Origin: the human T2T-CHM13v2.0 reference genome, Homo sapiens
DNA length: 64,000 bases
Assembly: GCF_009914755.1 (NCBI RefSeq)
Contig: NC_060935.1
Strand: one strand, 5' to 3'
Part shown: piece by piece, positions 1-15,564 of the stretch
Layout: every line of letters begins with the position of its first letter
Numbering within the stretch: the stretch's first letter is position 1
Program-made: the position numbers and the translations under genes
The notes under the pieces: generated by a model
What the model was told of the DNA's origin: nothing
Database searches by the model: none
The model's input: the letters and a program-made list of their open reading frames with translations, nothing else

Positions 1-332
<332 letters not shown>

Positions 333-1504
333 TGACCTCCTATTTTTGCCCCTTAATTCTCCTTCCCTAACTTGGAAAGAAAATTGTCAACTTCAGAATC
401 ATCCAGAACTCAAGTGCTTTTTTACACCTCTAGGAATATTGTCTTTACTTAAAGAAAAAAAGAAAAAAAAAAGCAACCAAAGACATATTCAGCCTGGGCA
501 TACTGAGCGTATAGAAATATGCCTGGCCCAAACCCTAGACACAGGCCAGTCCTGATACAATATATATATTAAAGAAGTAAATATTTATTGGTCATTTAAT
601 TGTTTAACATTTTCCTCCAACATGTGGGTGGTCACAGCTTACAAAAGAAAGCAGAACATGAAACCTTCAAACATTCTCTCCAGCTCTCCTCCCTCCCTTC
701 TCCTCCACTGTCCAAGAATAAGAGACTTGGAATGCCAGTGTAACAGATCTCCCTACCTTGGTCATTTCCTGAAATTTTCCAAGGGGATTACTTTTTGTTA
801 TAATGAATTTGTACAAGATAAAAATTAAAAAGATAGTAGTTTTCATAGAACCTTGATGTTTTCCCCTATTTTATGGAGTATAACTTATTACCCCACTTAA
901 CTAAAGAGCAGGAATTCGTTCATTAACTTGCCCAAGGTTGAAGAGCAAAGGAAGCATTAGAACTCAGGTTTTTCTGACATCCCAATCCAAGCTACGCCCA
1001 GCTATAACATGGGCATCTAGGGTGACTTAGGAGATTGCAGCTGTCCAACATGCAGCCACGGAAGCTGGGTTGAAATTGGTCTGGGGTCTATTATGGGCCC
1101 CCATGCCCCACTGGGAATCTTCATCTTTGCCTTCATTCAGAGACTGATCTAACTGATCTCTTTTATTCCCCAAACATAAAGTCCAAACATGTCTTTGCTC
1201 TTGTCTGTATAATTTCAGGGTTTGGGCTGGGTGGAGAAGGGGTTGAAGGAGGGGAAAAAGGGAGCAGGGAGGCAGTCTGTGTGGCAAGGAGGGGCAGCGC
1301 CAACTTTCCTGGGCACAAAGCGAGTTTGTCATGATCTCAAAATCAGGGCTGAATGGCTTTGGTTTAAACTGATTAGGAGCTCTGGGAGTTTTGAGAAGCA
1401 TTCTGACTATCCCATTCCGGAGCAGGATTTTTAGTGGTATATTTTTTTGGGGTTGATGCCTAAAGTTTTGAAAGGATAAATGCACTAAAAATTTAAACAT
1501 TGGG

Positions 1505-1700
1505 AAAGCAATCACTCAGTGACATTTAATAACACTAATGCAGCGGAATTACAGAATTATCACAGTAATACGGATCTCAACACCAGTTTCCTATCAATGA
1601 TTAGAGAATTCCTGACCAATTAACAATGAAACATTCCGTTGCAGCTTGGGTTAAATTTCAGGGCAGTAGCCGCAAAACCACCTCACAGGTGAATTTCACC
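1505..1700. promoter_or_regulatory. Candidate enhancer-like element
   Basis: Repeat-free island with TGACA (MEIS), several TAAT cores, TATCAATGATTAG, CAATTAACAAT (homeodomain+SOX, 1617-1627) and ACATTCC (TEAD). Confidence 0.4.
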
Positions 1701-3164
1701 TCTTGTTCCTTGATTTCTCAGGATGACCCTGAGGAGGGGACCCTGGATCCAGCCCTGTATTTTGGTTGCTACCAGGGGAATGTGCGGCTGCTTCCTCTTC
1801 ACTAGCCAGCCCTCTCAGCTACTGGATGGCCACATTTAGTTCTGGTCCATATACCTTCTTATTCACTGGGATACTTGTGACTGGAAGAGGATTTCCAAAT
1901 GGCTTCTCCTAATCATAGTTTTCAGTGGCTCCTTATTACTCATTCTCATAGCATTATGGAATAGACACTTCGAAATCTTCTAATGTTGGACACTTTTCTT
2001 TTGAGTATGAATGCCTTTCTCCAAACGAAATCACATATGAGCCCCAGAATTGTAAATGGGTGAAAAGGTGATGTTTGGGATGGGTTCTGAGCCCTCTCTG
2101 CTCAGCAGCACCGTAGCCCCTCTCTATACCATGTGAACATATTCACTGAGCTCTTCCTTAGCCTTCTCTTCCTCAACACAAGACATCTGCCACCGCTCTG
2201 TGCTTTCTTCATTAACATGGACTCCACTCCAGGATTCAACTCAGTAAGGGCTGCAGGACCCTGGTTCTGGTTAGACCAGAGGATGTCCAGCTGGGTCAGA
2301 AAATGGGCATACAGTGCACAGAGATGTATAAACACCACATCAATAGCGACGCACGCTTACTCACTCAGAGACAGACACTAAAGCCCAGTTTAGCATCCGG
2401 GACTCATCTGGCTGCCCTGACTCCAGGAGTGCACTGGGTAAACGGTGCATTCCCAGAGGGAGGTGGAAGAGCACAGTGGAAGGTCTAGGGCCAGGCTCTG
2501 TATTTGAATCTGGGCTCTGCCAAAAAGTGTCATCTGGAGCAAATTCCTTCACTTCTCTGTGCCTCCCTTTCCTTTTGTGCAAACACTGGGGATAACAGCC
2601 ATAGAGCCCACATGGTAGAGGTATGGCGAGAAGGGAATGAGTCTTCATATATGTCATGTAAACACATGTAGAAAAGCTTCCGAAATGAAGCAAACATTCC
2701 GTAGGTGTTGGCTCTCTCTACTCCTGACCACCCTCACATCTTCCGTTGCCGGCGGGAGTTCCTGGGGACGGGCTGGGGCAGGGCTTCCTGTAGCACACAG
2801 GGAGGATCTTCATTGCCTTGCTCTCTGCAACACCTCCTTTCTCTGCCTGGGCCTGGCTGGCCAAGTGGTAACATCTTGCAGGCACGTGACCGCCTCTCCC
2901 GGCTGAGCTGGGATGCATAAAGGGATTTACGGTTGTAGAGCCGAATCTCACTCTGGATCATGTCGGGGAGCAAATCCCCACTCTCGCCACAGCTGTGCAC
3001 TAGCAGGCCCAGCCCACAGAGGGGAAATGCCAGCTTCCCTCTCCCTGGGGCTCCAGGTCCCAGGGGCCATTTGAGTCCATCCCTCCGCCCACACCACAGG
3101 ATCCCCTTTGCTCCCTGCTCCATTTCCTCCCCACCAGAGGAGGGAGGAGGAGGTGGTCTGAGCC

Positions 3165-3350
3165 ACCACATTAGGCAGTGACAATTAGGCCCATTCAGAG
3201 TGGAGTCATTTGCATGCAAGTCCTCACTAGGCAGAGAACACTCAACCTGTCATTATCTCTTGGCATTGCTGGTAGCCGTGCCACGTGGCTGTGGAGATGG
3301 CAGCTTCCTTTCTCTGGGTGTTTCCAGGCAGGGAGAAGGTGATTTATGAA
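3165..3350. promoter_or_regulatory. Candidate enhancer-like element
   Basis: TGACAATTAG, octamer ATTTGCAT (3208-3215), TGTCA, CACGTG E-box and PBX-HOX-like TGATTTATGA. Confidence 0.35.
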
Positions 3351-4908
3351 GGGCCCAGAACCTTTCCTTCTGCCCTGGCTGGCCACTGGAGGAGGCCAGG
3401 AGGCCAGAGCTGGAGGAGAAGGAGGGGTAGGGAGGAAGCATAGGGATCCCACAGACCCAACTGTGCTTGGGCACTGGGAAGAGTCTTGGGAGGGCCCTGC
3501 AGGAGGACGGGAGGGAGGGCAGGAATCATCCGAGAGTAGTTCCCACCTCCTCAGCTGGATTTATCGAACAAGATTATCCCTTGAAAAGTATTAAAAGCCA
3601 CCATTTTGCCGTACACCCACAGAGCAGCCTCTATGGCAGCTGCTCCCTCAAACGCACTCCAGCTGTTCCCAGCCCCCACCCGCACCAACTACTGCTCCTC
3701 TGTCCCCACCCCCACCTCTAGCTCCAAATAAACTACAGTGAGCTACAAACACTACCACGCCTGTGTTGAGCTGGTTCAGCATTTCTGTCCTCAGAAACAG
3801 AGAGACAAAAAGACCCAGAGGCAACTCCTCAACCCTGGATCATGAATCCTTTGCGGGCCTATCACAAAACCAGGGTTTGAAGACCACCAGGGTGTGTTGA
3901 GGAGGGGACAAAGACTCTTCAGCAGGGAGACCGACCTTCACCTTCTGAGGTCAAGAGGGCCCAGCTGAGATGTCCAAGATCAGGACCAGCCTACATTTAG
4001 TGAGAATAGGTGGTGTTAATTGTGGAAGCTCCAGAAACACTACGCCATCCAAAACACCGTCCTGTATTTGCCAGGATCTGAAATTCCACTATCCGTGTTT
4101 TATTCCTTTCACTTAAACCATGGATTCTGGTTTAAATGCAAATACCCCTGAGAGAGGCAACACTATAGAATGTGGTCAGTTATCTACCCCTTAATAAGAA
4201 TACATTTCTGCAGCCTTTTCTGAGAATAAGTGCTGATTATAAAGGAAGTGAACGAGAGAAACATGAGAATGTCACGCCCTTGAACACATGGGACCTGGCT
4301 TCTCCAGCAGGAGGGAAAATACAGGGTGAGGAATCTGCATTCAGGAGCCTGGCCTTCCTCATATTTTCCCCAGGGCTGGTTTTGATTCATTGGTTTCTGG
4401 GATAGAGCCATGTTGGGACCCGAGGGGTCTAGGCCAACTCAGCTGAGTATCATCTCTCCTGGGTTTAGGTCTATTGTGACAGCAAGGCCCTGTGTCCAAT
4501 CCCCAAATGGGGGCTGGAAGAATTACCTTTTACTCTCACTACATTCCCTGCTGCTGTAATGAGGCCATGAACCTGCAAAGCCCAAGCTTGTTTCTCTTGG
4601 CATTGCATGTCTCCCGACTCTATCTCTGTTCCTACCTCAGAATCAGCAGCCTCAGCTGGGCATGGCCCAGAGGTGCTGCCTTCTCACGACCTCTAAAAAC
4701 AGAAGTTTAATTTATCAAGTAGGTTTGAGCACCTGCTTTATGCTCCCAGATATGGAAGGTGTCTGACTTGGTGCCAGCCAAGAATGCTCCCTTTGCTCCA
4801 CGACGGGCCCTGGGCACACGTGGCCTGGAGTGGCCGGTTGTCTTGGCATGAGTGTGTGTTTCTGCCCTCCAGCTGCCTGTGACTCCTGGCAGGCAGGGGG
4901 GTCCCTCT

Positions 4909-5205
4909 ATTTATTTATTTAGAGACTGGGTCTCACTGTGTCACCCACGCTGCAGTGCAAAGGTGCAATCTCAGTTCACTGCAACCTCCGCCTCCTAGGT
5001 TCAAGCAATCCTCCCACCTCAGCCTCCGGAGTAGCTGGGACCACAGGCATGCACCACCATGCTCAGCTAATTTTTGTATTTTTGGTAGAGATGGAGTTTC
5101 ACCATGTTGCCCAGGCTGGTCTTGAACTCCTAAGCTCAAGTGATCTGCCTGCCTCAGCCTCCCGAAGTGCTGGGATTACAGGTGAGAGCCACCGTAGTAG
5201 GCCCA
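4909..5205 (-). mobile_element. Alu (AluJ-type)
   Basis: Reverse-complement Alu with (TATT)n tail; flanking direct repeat GGGTCCCTCT at 4899-4908 and 5207-5216. Confidence 0.93.
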
Positions 5206-5340
5206 AGGGTCCCTCTCTTTCGACTCTGCAACACTCAGCACAAGGTGAGGTATACAGCAGGTGCCCAATATGTACTGTTGATTGGTTGCCAGCCCCTCCC
5301 GTTGAATCACTCACAGTCTAGTTGGGATGATAGGAATTCA

Positions 5341-5796
<456 letters not shown>

Positions 5797-5914
5797 TCAT
5801 CCTAAAACTGGTAGTGACCTTGGTCCCAGTTTTGCCCATCTATGGCCTTGCTATCCTGAATCAAATGGCAGCGGGCATGACTTCCAAGGTAAGGAAACCC
5901 CACGTGTAAATCAC

Positions 5915-6145
5915 ATGGTGGCGAAGAGCTCTGGGTCAGGCTTATTTGGATCTTTGCTCCGTCATCTGCTCTGTGATTGTGGGCAAGTTAACCTCTCTAG
6001 GCCTCAGCTTCTTCATCTGTAAAATGGTGATAGTGAACTACCTATGCCAAAGTTTGCTGTGAAGATCAAATGAGATAGTGGATATAGGGCACTTGCCTGA
6101 CACACAGCAAACACTCAGTGAATAAATATTTGATATTATTATTTC
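5915..6145 (+). mobile_element. MIR SINE
   Basis: MIR core GGGCAAGTTAACCTCTCTAGGCCTCAGCTTCTTCATCTGTAAAATGG. Confidence 0.75.
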
Positions 6146-6984
6146 CTAAAGCATAAGGCTAATGTCATAAAGGTAATATAGCAGAATTCATTCTGAAGGA
6201 AGATGTTTAAATTCAAAAAGGGGAGATCAATTCCTCTCTTCCAGTAAGGCCAATAGTGGAATCATTCTGGGTAATGAAGACTACTCTGAGAGTTACTAAG
6301 AGATGCCAAAATTTTGGATAAAAGCAGAAAGAAAAAGGGAAATTTCCTGAATGATCTTGAAGATCAAGATATTTGTATGAGGGTCAAATACTATCACTAC
6401 CACCAGCCGCTTGAATTCATTGAGCAGCTACCGTGTGCCAGGAACTGGGCCAGATATCTTATTTGTAATCGCTAAAATGACACCTCAAGGAAGGCATTAT
6501 TGGTTCCATTTAATTGATGGGAGCTCAGCTGGGCAGACGACTTGGCCAGGGCCCTGTGGCTGGGCACTGGCAGATCTGATATTCAAACCCCAGCCTGTCT
6601 GACTCAAAGTGGTCTTTCTCCCAGGCAGATTGCCTCTTGCACCCAGATATTCTGGAGCCTGAGCTCATTACCGACAATGCAGGCATCTCATTCATCTTCA
6701 TGAGCCCTAGCACACTTGCACGGCATCTGACCCATGGCAGGTGTTCTGTATATGCTCACTGAATTGAGCATTTGGTGGCATTCATCTATTTGATGGACCA
6801 GGGGGTAGAGAGGTGCCATTTATGAGAAGTGGCCCAACACGGCTGCTGCACCCAGACCTTTGTCACCGAGAAAGGGTGAACATGTTTTCTGAGATGATTG
6901 CCATGAATTTGACCTCTTACTGCTTTTGGCTGCTGCACAGAGATCTCCCTCCCTCCCAGCGCCTGCCCCTCCCTCCCTCTCCAC

Positions 6985-7160
6985 CGAGGCCTGTGTTAAA
7001 TTGCAACAAACAACAGAGGCCCCACCTTGGTGGGCCCTGCTCATAAATAATGAACTGGCACGAGGCTCCATTCTTTTGAAGGAATTCTCTCTCGGCCGGC
7101 AGAGCTGTGTGGCAAGGCGGCCAGCTCATCATTGCTGTTGTTTATTTATTCATGCTCAGA
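6985..7160. promoter_or_regulatory. Candidate enhancer-like element
   Basis: Repeat-free; GTTAAATTG, CTCATAAATAAT (HOX-like), TGTTTATTTAT (FOX-like). Confidence 0.3.
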
Positions 7161-7532
7161 TGGGGCGGGCCAAGCCCGTTTGTTCACAGACATCTTTCCC
7201 CTCGTTGAATCTTGCTCTCTGCCTGCCTTTCCTACTAGTTCTAGCTTCTCTGTGAGGGCTCCAGTGGCAGATGAGATAGGAAACCAAGTGGCTTGATTGT
7301 CCCAGGAGCCCGGGATGAGGGAGCCAGAGACTAGCAATGGAAAAAGATCTCTCCCATGCCGCTCTGTCTGCCCGTGGCTCCTTGGCAACGGGGCCTGTCT
7401 GGGATCCAGGGCTCCCTGCCATGGGGATGTGAGACAGGTGCTCTGGGGATGGCCACTGCCTGGCCTGTGGCACACAGGCTGTCTGTTGGCTGTGGGTTTC
7501 GGGAGGAACCTGACCAGAGGGGCTTTTCTTGA

Positions 7533-7736
<204 letters not shown>

Positions 7737-8879
7737 GCTCCCGGGTTTTAGATCAGCACCACTCTTCTCCTTGATTCTCCCCACTACCCCCACCCCAAAG
7801 CACGGCTGGTCTGACACACATTTCCCAGAGTCACCGATGAGACTGGAAAGATGGGGTTGACCATGCCCGCACCTCCTGAGCTTGGCTCCAGCCTCCCCAT
7901 CCTAAAATCAATCCTCTACCCCAAGCTCTGGGAGCCGCCCTCTGCCGCAAGCACAGAGCCCTCTCCCCACGCACAGAGTCACACACAAACCCAGCACAGC
8001 CCAGAATGCAAAGGCAGACAGAATGGAAAGCGCTTAAGTGGAGGCCTTTGGCCAACTTTCATTTACTCTGCCACCTGGCTTCTTTTAGTCCTGGGCACGT
8101 GGAGTCTGTCGTTGTTGGACTAGATTTCTCCATTTAGGTCAGGAGAGCCTGTGATGGGAGGAAGAGGTGTCTGAGGCGGGATGGGTGGATGAACCAGTGA
8201 CAAGGAGGTTCAGGGTGAAGGGAAGAGGCGAGAACATGGGGAAAGGGATTCTGACTTGAGTTTATGCTGTCTGGGTGAACACCTCCTGCCCCAGGGGAGT
8301 TGTAGAGAACTCGCTGGAGCCAGGTGACCTGGACTTGAAACCTGGCTTGGGATCTTTACAGCCATGCCATTTTGGGTGTGGGGGTGTGGGTGGGCAGAGT
8401 CACTTAATCTCCCTGAGCCTCAATTTCCTTATCTGTCAACGGAGGCCAACCCTAACCCCCTGGATGGGTTGGAGATGGGGTGTACACCACCTAGTCCAGG
8501 GCCTGGAAGTGCTGAAAACACAGCAACAGTGTCATTATTGTCCTTTCCACTGTCTACTCTCAGGCTTCCATTCTGTATAATAACAGGGGGCATGGAGCAG
8601 GGGGCTGAGCTTCACTTTTGGGTATGTGGGAAATTATTCTTTGCAGTGGTCCCAGGAGACCCCATAGAGCCGTGGCGACTCCTCTGCTGAGTTCTCAGGT
8701 GAGCTATGGGTTGAGGGCTCCCACTCTTACAGGGTTCTTTCTTTCCCTCCTGAGATTTCCCTGTAAGTAATATTTTCCCCCTGAGGACCAGACAGAAAAT
8801 TAGGGATTAGGAATGCATTCTCTTCCTTCCATGGCTTCCATGGCCCTGGAGAAATTTACCTTCACTGCCCCCCTGGAGA

Positions 8880-9120
8880 AGTTCTCGCGGCCTCAGTGTA
8901 AACTCCCCCGCTGTGAGAGTGCATAGCTGTGCAAACTTCCTGCTCCGCTTGTGAATAGCTCTGAGGGTTAAAACACTTTGATCGATGAGTTAAACCCCAC
9001 TTCTTTCACTTTCACCCACTGATTGTAGTTATACCCTTAAATAAATGCACTCTGTTTTTCATACAATGCTACTTCAAGTATTTGAGGTAGTTATAAAACT
9101 CTCCAGAATATTCTCTCTTC
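8880..9120. promoter_or_regulatory. Candidate enhancer-like element
   Basis: Repeat-free; TGTAAAC (FOX), ACTTCC (ETS), ACACTTTGAT (TCF/LEF, 8973-8982), TTATAAAA. Confidence 0.4.
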
Positions 9121-10004
9121 TCTTAGATACATCCATTTTTCAAAAAGGCATCCTTCATTTGACATGGGTTCCATCCGTCCTTCCACCCCGGCACCCAGAC
9201 TCTGCTCTGGTTCCATGGATGATCAGTAAGTCAGAGGCCCCCACTTCTCTCTTGGGCAGGAGATTTCAGGGATCCCAATTACCTCTGTTGCACCGCAAAT
9301 CTTGCAAATGTTAGCCCATCCCTGCATCTTGAGGAGACAAATTTGGATTCTGATGCTGATGTCTGTTTTCTTCAAAAAATTCCTTGGCTTTCTGTGGATG
9401 GTGCCTGTTCAGTAGGCCACAGAAGGAGGGTGACATTTGGATAGGAAACTAGACAAGGGGGAGTGTTGACTGGTTGAGTCAGCCAATACTTAGCCAGGCA
9501 GAGTGCTAAGCAGTGAGAATGAGGAACTGACAAAATCACAGCCCTGCCCTTGGGAGACTCACCATCTACTGGGACCAGACAGTGTTCTAGGCACTAGCAA
9601 AATGCCCAGCAGAGAAGGTCTCCTTCGTAAAGAGGCACAGCAGCTGGGGGAGGGCAGCAGGGCAGGGGACTGACTCTCTTCCGGGACCTGCATGCGGCTA
9701 TCCTCGACCCCAGCGGTGGTAAGTCCCTGTGGCCTTGTCTCCTGACACCAACACGGCCTTTTCGTGCTCTGTGGCTGAGTCTATCCACCTTGGAGATTGG
9801 GCTGGACATGCTTGACAGGAAGCGGGAGGAGAGAGGCAAATGGGGTAGCAGCTCACCGACCTAGAGTGGGAGGTCAGGCTTGCCAGTCTCAGAGAAAAGT
9901 ACTATGTGTAGGTCTAGTGTTCTGGCCTGGGTTTCTGCCACTGACACCCCTAACAGATGCTGCCCACCAGGGAGCCACCATCCACAGCAGAGACTGCCAT
10001 GCAC

Positions 10005-10330
10005 TGTTGTATCAGCCAGGGGCTCAGCAGGGAAGAGAATTCAACTCAGATGGTTCAAAAGCAGAGCTCTGGTGAAGGGACTAGCTACAGAGGTGCAGGC
10101 AGGGCTGTGGAGGCACCCAGAGACCAGTAGCCAGTCGCAGGCGGATCCACAGCTCCCCAGTGAAGGCTGAGGCAGGGGCCTACGCATTAGGTGGAAGGGC
10201 CTGGCTCTCAGAGAGCAGCCCCCACACCTTATCTGTGCTGAGACTTTGAGTCACACCAGACCTTAGCAGTACAGATGGTGAGGGCAGGACCCCACAACAG
10301 GAGGGCAGCATAGGAACCAGAGGGGCCTGT
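10005..10330. mobile_element. Old ERVL/MaLR-like LTR fragment
   Basis: Start TGTATCAGCCAGGGGCTCAGCAGG...GAAGGGACTAGCTACAGAGG resembles old LTR 5' ends; family not resolved. Confidence 0.35.
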
Positions 10331-11440
10331 TCCCAACGCCACGGGGATGGATGAGTTTCCCTGCACTCAGTAGCCCTTTTGGTTAGGGAGAATCAAGCGT
10401 CCTTGTCAATAGGGAAAAAGAGTCTTAATAAAGAATGTGAACCTCACAAGAGCATGTATGCATGAAATCCCACCAGAGCGTTTAAACTGGAAGATGGTTT
10501 AAATTGTCTTTCTTTACGTGATGAGCTTGAGACCTCCTCTCTCCACCTGCATCAGAGGGAATGGGGGCTAAAAGACGTTTCATCTACATTGTAGTGGGTA
10601 AATTCTGACCCATGACATGTGTCTTGAGACCCATTGTGTAAGGACACTGGGCCAAGCACTGTGGAGACAGCAGGATGATAGCACCTAGCGGGTAAATCTA
10701 CGGGGGGATATAGAGATGAACAAATGTAAAGTGTAGCAGCAATACAACTGCAGAATAGAACAATTGCACAATGGAGAGATGGTGCCAGTACTTAATGATC
10801 TGATATGGTGAACACAGCCTTGCAAATAAATGTAACTTTTATTGAATATTTTTTTCTGATCATAAAAATGAAGCACGCTTATTAAAAATGGAAACATATT
10901 GAAAATTATAAAAGAAAGAATTGAAACCCACAATCCAACCCTCTCTATTAACATTTTGGTGTCTTTTCTTAATACCATTTTCTCTTTTTATATGTGTATA
11001 TATAAACACACACACATTTAATATGGTTGAGACTATCTTGTACATGGTTATATTTCCTGCTTACTTCACTTAACATTATACGAGAACATTTTAACATCTT
11101 TGAGCATTCTTCATAAACCAGCATGTAGGGTGCCCATGAGATAGTCCATTGTGTGGATGTACTGAAATGTATTTAAATAATTCCCCATTGTTGGGTATTT
11201 TGACTATGTCTGATTTTTTCACTAGCATAAGTCTTCATCTGTATTTCTGATTATTTTCTTAGGATACATTCATAGAAATAAAGTTATCAGGTCTACAGGA
11301 AATAATATTCTTCAGGCTCTTTGTTGACACACATCACCATAAATCGGTACCACTCTTTACTATCACCAGCAGTGTACTGAAGTGTCCTTCTCACCTTTGC
11401 TGACATTGAGCATTATGCATTTTAAAATATCTGCCAAATT

Positions 11441-11772
<332 letters not shown>

Positions 11773-11839
11773 GTGCCAAATTGAAAGAGCAAAAATAGCA
11801 GCCTGCTTTAATTTGCATTTTTGATTACTAGAGACGTTG

Positions 11840-12160
11840 ATTTTCTTTTCTTTCTTTCTTTCTTTCTTTTTTTTTTTTTTGAGACAGGGTCTCACTTTGT
11901 TACCCAGGCTGGAGTGCAGATGTGCGATCACAGCTCACTGCAGACTTGACCTCCTGGGCTCATGCAGTTCTCCCCTCTCACCCTTCTAAGTAGTTGGGAC
12001 CACAGGCGTGCACCACCAGACCTGGCTAATTAAAAAAACATTGTAGAGACCAGGTCTCCCTGTGTTGCCCAGGCTGGTCTCAAGCTCCTGGGCTCAAGCA
12101 ATCCTCTTGCGTCGGCCTCCCAAAGTGCTGAGATTATAGGCATGAGCCACCATGCCCAAC
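11840..12160 (-). mobile_element. Alu (AluJ-type)
   Basis: (TTTC)n/poly(T) followed by GAGACAGGGTCTCAC...GAGCCACCATGCCCAACC. Confidence 0.95.
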
Positions 12161-13189
12161 CATGCTGATTTTTTCCTCTATATTCTTATCAACTCTTTTT
12201 ATTTGTTCTCCGAATTCTCTGTCATGTTCCTTGCCCATTTTTGTTTTGGGTGTTAGTATTTTCTTAATGATCTAGAAGAACATTATATTTTAAGGATTTT
12301 TATTTTTATCTATTGCCATATTTGTTTCAAATGATTTTTTTCTTGGTTTGTAGTTTGCCTTTTAGCTTTAAATGCAGTGTTTGTTTGATAGTATAGAGTG
12401 GTGAATGGAGTGTGGAACAGTCTGGAAGACTGGCTTTGCACTCTGGCCTTCTCCCATGGCCATCATGGTAGAAACCGAGAGGGTCTGCAGAACTGGCCTT
12501 GCCCCTGTGCTCCTCAGAACCTACACTGATGTTTCACAAGGACTGATGAGGCTGTCCCAGTGATCACTCTTTAACTGACAACCTTTCTATTCCCACCTCC
12601 CCTCAGACAAACCCAAAAAAGCAACCTGCCCCCTCGAGGAGGCACCAGTACTCTCTGCATCTGGACTTTCAAGCTGTTCTCAACCAAAGGCTTGTTGGGG
12701 AGAGAAATTGTGACTGCTTCCAATGGATTGTTTATGTACATTCTTAATGCCAACAAGACACTCTTGACTGCTCTGCTCTTTTCCTGTTGAGTCAATGGGG
12801 AATTCCAGAGACCAGTTCCTCCCGCCCCCTTTTGCGGCTACAACTATATTTTCTGGTCACACATTCTTCCAAAACTACCCCCACTGCCCCATTGCAACTC
12901 CACATTACACTCACACCTCCAGTCCTACGAACAGGTAGAAGGGTGGTGCAGATTCTTAGCTGGTCTTCTGACAAATGAGTTGCTAAGTCAAACAGAGACC
13001 TTGACAAGGGTGCCTCTTTACAAATGGAATCTAGTTAGTCTCCAGGAGCAACCTCCCCTTGCCCCCAAATGTAGCAAGGGCTCATGGAGTGGTGAGAACA
13101 GACGGTGGGGAGGAAGAGGTAATGGAGGTATGGGATCTTCAGCATGGACCTCCCACAGCCAGACACCCTGCACTTTTATCCCTTCTTTT

Positions 13190-13600
13190 CTGCTTGTCCT
13201 TTTCTACTTAAAATATCATGGAGGTTATTTCTTATTTGTTCACATAAAGCCGCCCCATCCTTTATAATGATTGCCCTGTATTCAATTACACACAGTCATA
13301 TTCATTTATTTAACTACTCCTGAGCATTTAAGTTGCTTCTAGGTTTCAGCTGTTACAAGTAACACTGCCCAAACCCCTAAACCAAACCAAAACAACCCCC
13401 CCCCCCCACAATGTGTTCGTAGACTTCTTCACACTTGTATGAAGAGGTTACTTCCATCCCTGTAGGGTAAATTCCTAGAAGTAGCATTGCTGAGTCAAAG
13501 GGTATGTACATTCCCAGCGTTTCTATATCCTGCCAATTTTCCCTCTGCTAAGCATGGACCTGTTTACATCCCCACCAGCAGCACAGGAGGGTGCTTCTTC
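13190..13600 (-). mobile_element. Old L1ME fragment
   Basis: GGGTAAATTCCTAGAAGTAGCATTGCTGAGTCAAAGGGTATG and CCCACCAGCAG antisense L1 phrases. Confidence 0.7.
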
Positions 13601-13719
13601 CCACAATGTGGCCAGCACAATTAGAAAAGACAGAACTCCCTGCATGGCCAACAAAGCTCTGTGTGTTCTGGCCCAGCCTACCTCATGTCAGCCTCCTCAG
13701 GGAGCTCATTCTACCCGCC

Positions 13720-14700
13720 CTCCTCACTTGCTGGCCCCAGGCTTTGCATGGGCCATTCCCTTACTCAGGATGTTCTTCTCCCCTTTCTGTCTCGCTTATC
13801 CTGCAGATCCCAGCCCATGCGCAGCTACTTTGGGGAAGGGAAGCCATGTCTGAACTCCCAGGCCGCTCTCAGCCCCTTGGCCAAGGTCTTGGAGTATGGT
13901 GAGTATTATTCTTGCCACAGGAGCATCTTTACAGTGGCTTGTGGGGTCATCTGATAAATATCTGTCTCTCCACTGGACTCTTAAGCTCCATGATGCTCAT
14001 GAGCTCTGCATGAGACATGAGAACCATGTCTGTTTCTGATCACTGTGGTCTTCCCAAGAGCAGGTCACAGTATCTGGCCTACAGAAGGCACTCAACCTTT
14101 TTATTGAATGACTGAACAAAAGTAACACAAGCTCACCCTTTTCCTCCTCCAAACTTCTTGCCCTGTGCTCATTATCTGGGTGAACGCCATCAGTGCCCTT
14201 CCAGTATCTTAGCAGGAAACCCAGCTCTTCTCTTAAACTCCTTTCTCTTCTCTCTGCACATCCAGCGGGGTTGTCAAATCACTTTACACTACAGGAGAAA
14301 TTCCTCTGCCCTCTCTAGGTCTTTAAGTCATTCCCTTACCTTCAGTGCCCTTTCCCTCCTTACCTTGCCTGATGATGTCTATTCTTCCTTTAAGATACAC
14401 TGTATCTTTTCTAAGAAACTATCCAGCTCTCTAAGTCGAATTTAACCTTGTTCACTGTCCCATAGGCTGTATCTCCAGAGAGCCCTTTCCTTGGCTGAAT
14501 ATCGGAGTTGTCTATGGAGTTTTCTGTCCTACCATCCCCCCAACACACAAACAGACACAGACACACACAGAGACACACACACACACACACAGGGTGTGAC
14601 GTGTTGGAGAGCAGGAAGCCTACCTTGTTCATCTCTGCATGCCCCTCAGCCCTGAGAACAGTGCTCTGTATACAGTAAGTGTTCAATAAACTCTGAATAA
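13720..14700. mobile_element. Degenerate L2 fragments
   Basis: L2 3'-end phrases: TGTCTCTCCACTGGACTCTTAAGCTCC, CAGTAAGTGTTCAATAAA, TTGAATGACTGAA. Confidence 0.55.
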
Positions 14701-15564
14701 GATCAAACCAAATGATGCTCAAGTTAAAAAGGCCCACTTGGCTTATTAGACTTTTAGAGACGCTTTCCAGAAAGAGCTCCACTGGGCAGGCAAAGTTGAG
14801 AGAGCCTCTTTCTTCCCCACCGCCTCCCTGTAGCCTGCCAACCTTCAGACTGCATTATTCCCACGCCGGAACCCAGGCAACATCATCAGACAAGTCAGAT
14901 GTTTCCCATCAGTCTGGAAGGTTTCCATTTTCATTTTCCACATCAGCGTTATGCTATCAATCTATTCCCCAGCCTGCTTCCTTCTCCTGCCTCCCCCTAC
15001 CCCCGCCCCTAACACACCACTAGTCCCTGCTGTGGATCAATTCCTGTGTTGCAGATACAAAGGTAGTTTTGCTTGACAAATGAAGCTGCCCTTCCAGGAG
15101 GCAATAAAGAGATCAATACTGGTTATACGGAAGTGCTCAGGAGCAGGTGGGATGGTGATATCCCTGAATCCCACTGCCAGCGCCATGCTGAGCAGCCCTC
15201 CCCAGCCAGTGAGCCCTGTCCCCTTCCTTCCACACCCTTGCACCTGCAGAAGCCTGGTGTGCCCAGGGCCAAACCAGCCTATCTCTCCTGGTGGGATGGG
15301 CATCGTCAAGGGGTGAGCATCCTTTGGGTGCAGAGCACCCTGCTCTGGATCCTGTGGCTTGGTGGCCCAGATGGTAGCTGAGGAGCCTATGAACAGATGG
15401 TGCTGATGGAAGACACCTGGGTGGGTTGAGGGAGGCAGAGAGCAGGCCAGGGTTTGAGTTCCAGTCCTGCCACTCACTGGCTTTGTGACCTTGGGCAAGT
15501 CACTTTCCATCCCTGATTGGGCCACTGATTCTGCACCTGAAAGCCACGGAGGTTAGACTGGATA

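Noticed and set aside
4113-4135. Hairpin TTAAACCA-N7-TGGTTTAA, and a similar one near 7018-7038
   Set aside because: Arms of about 8 bp are expected by chance and are too short for a miRNA or snoRNA call.
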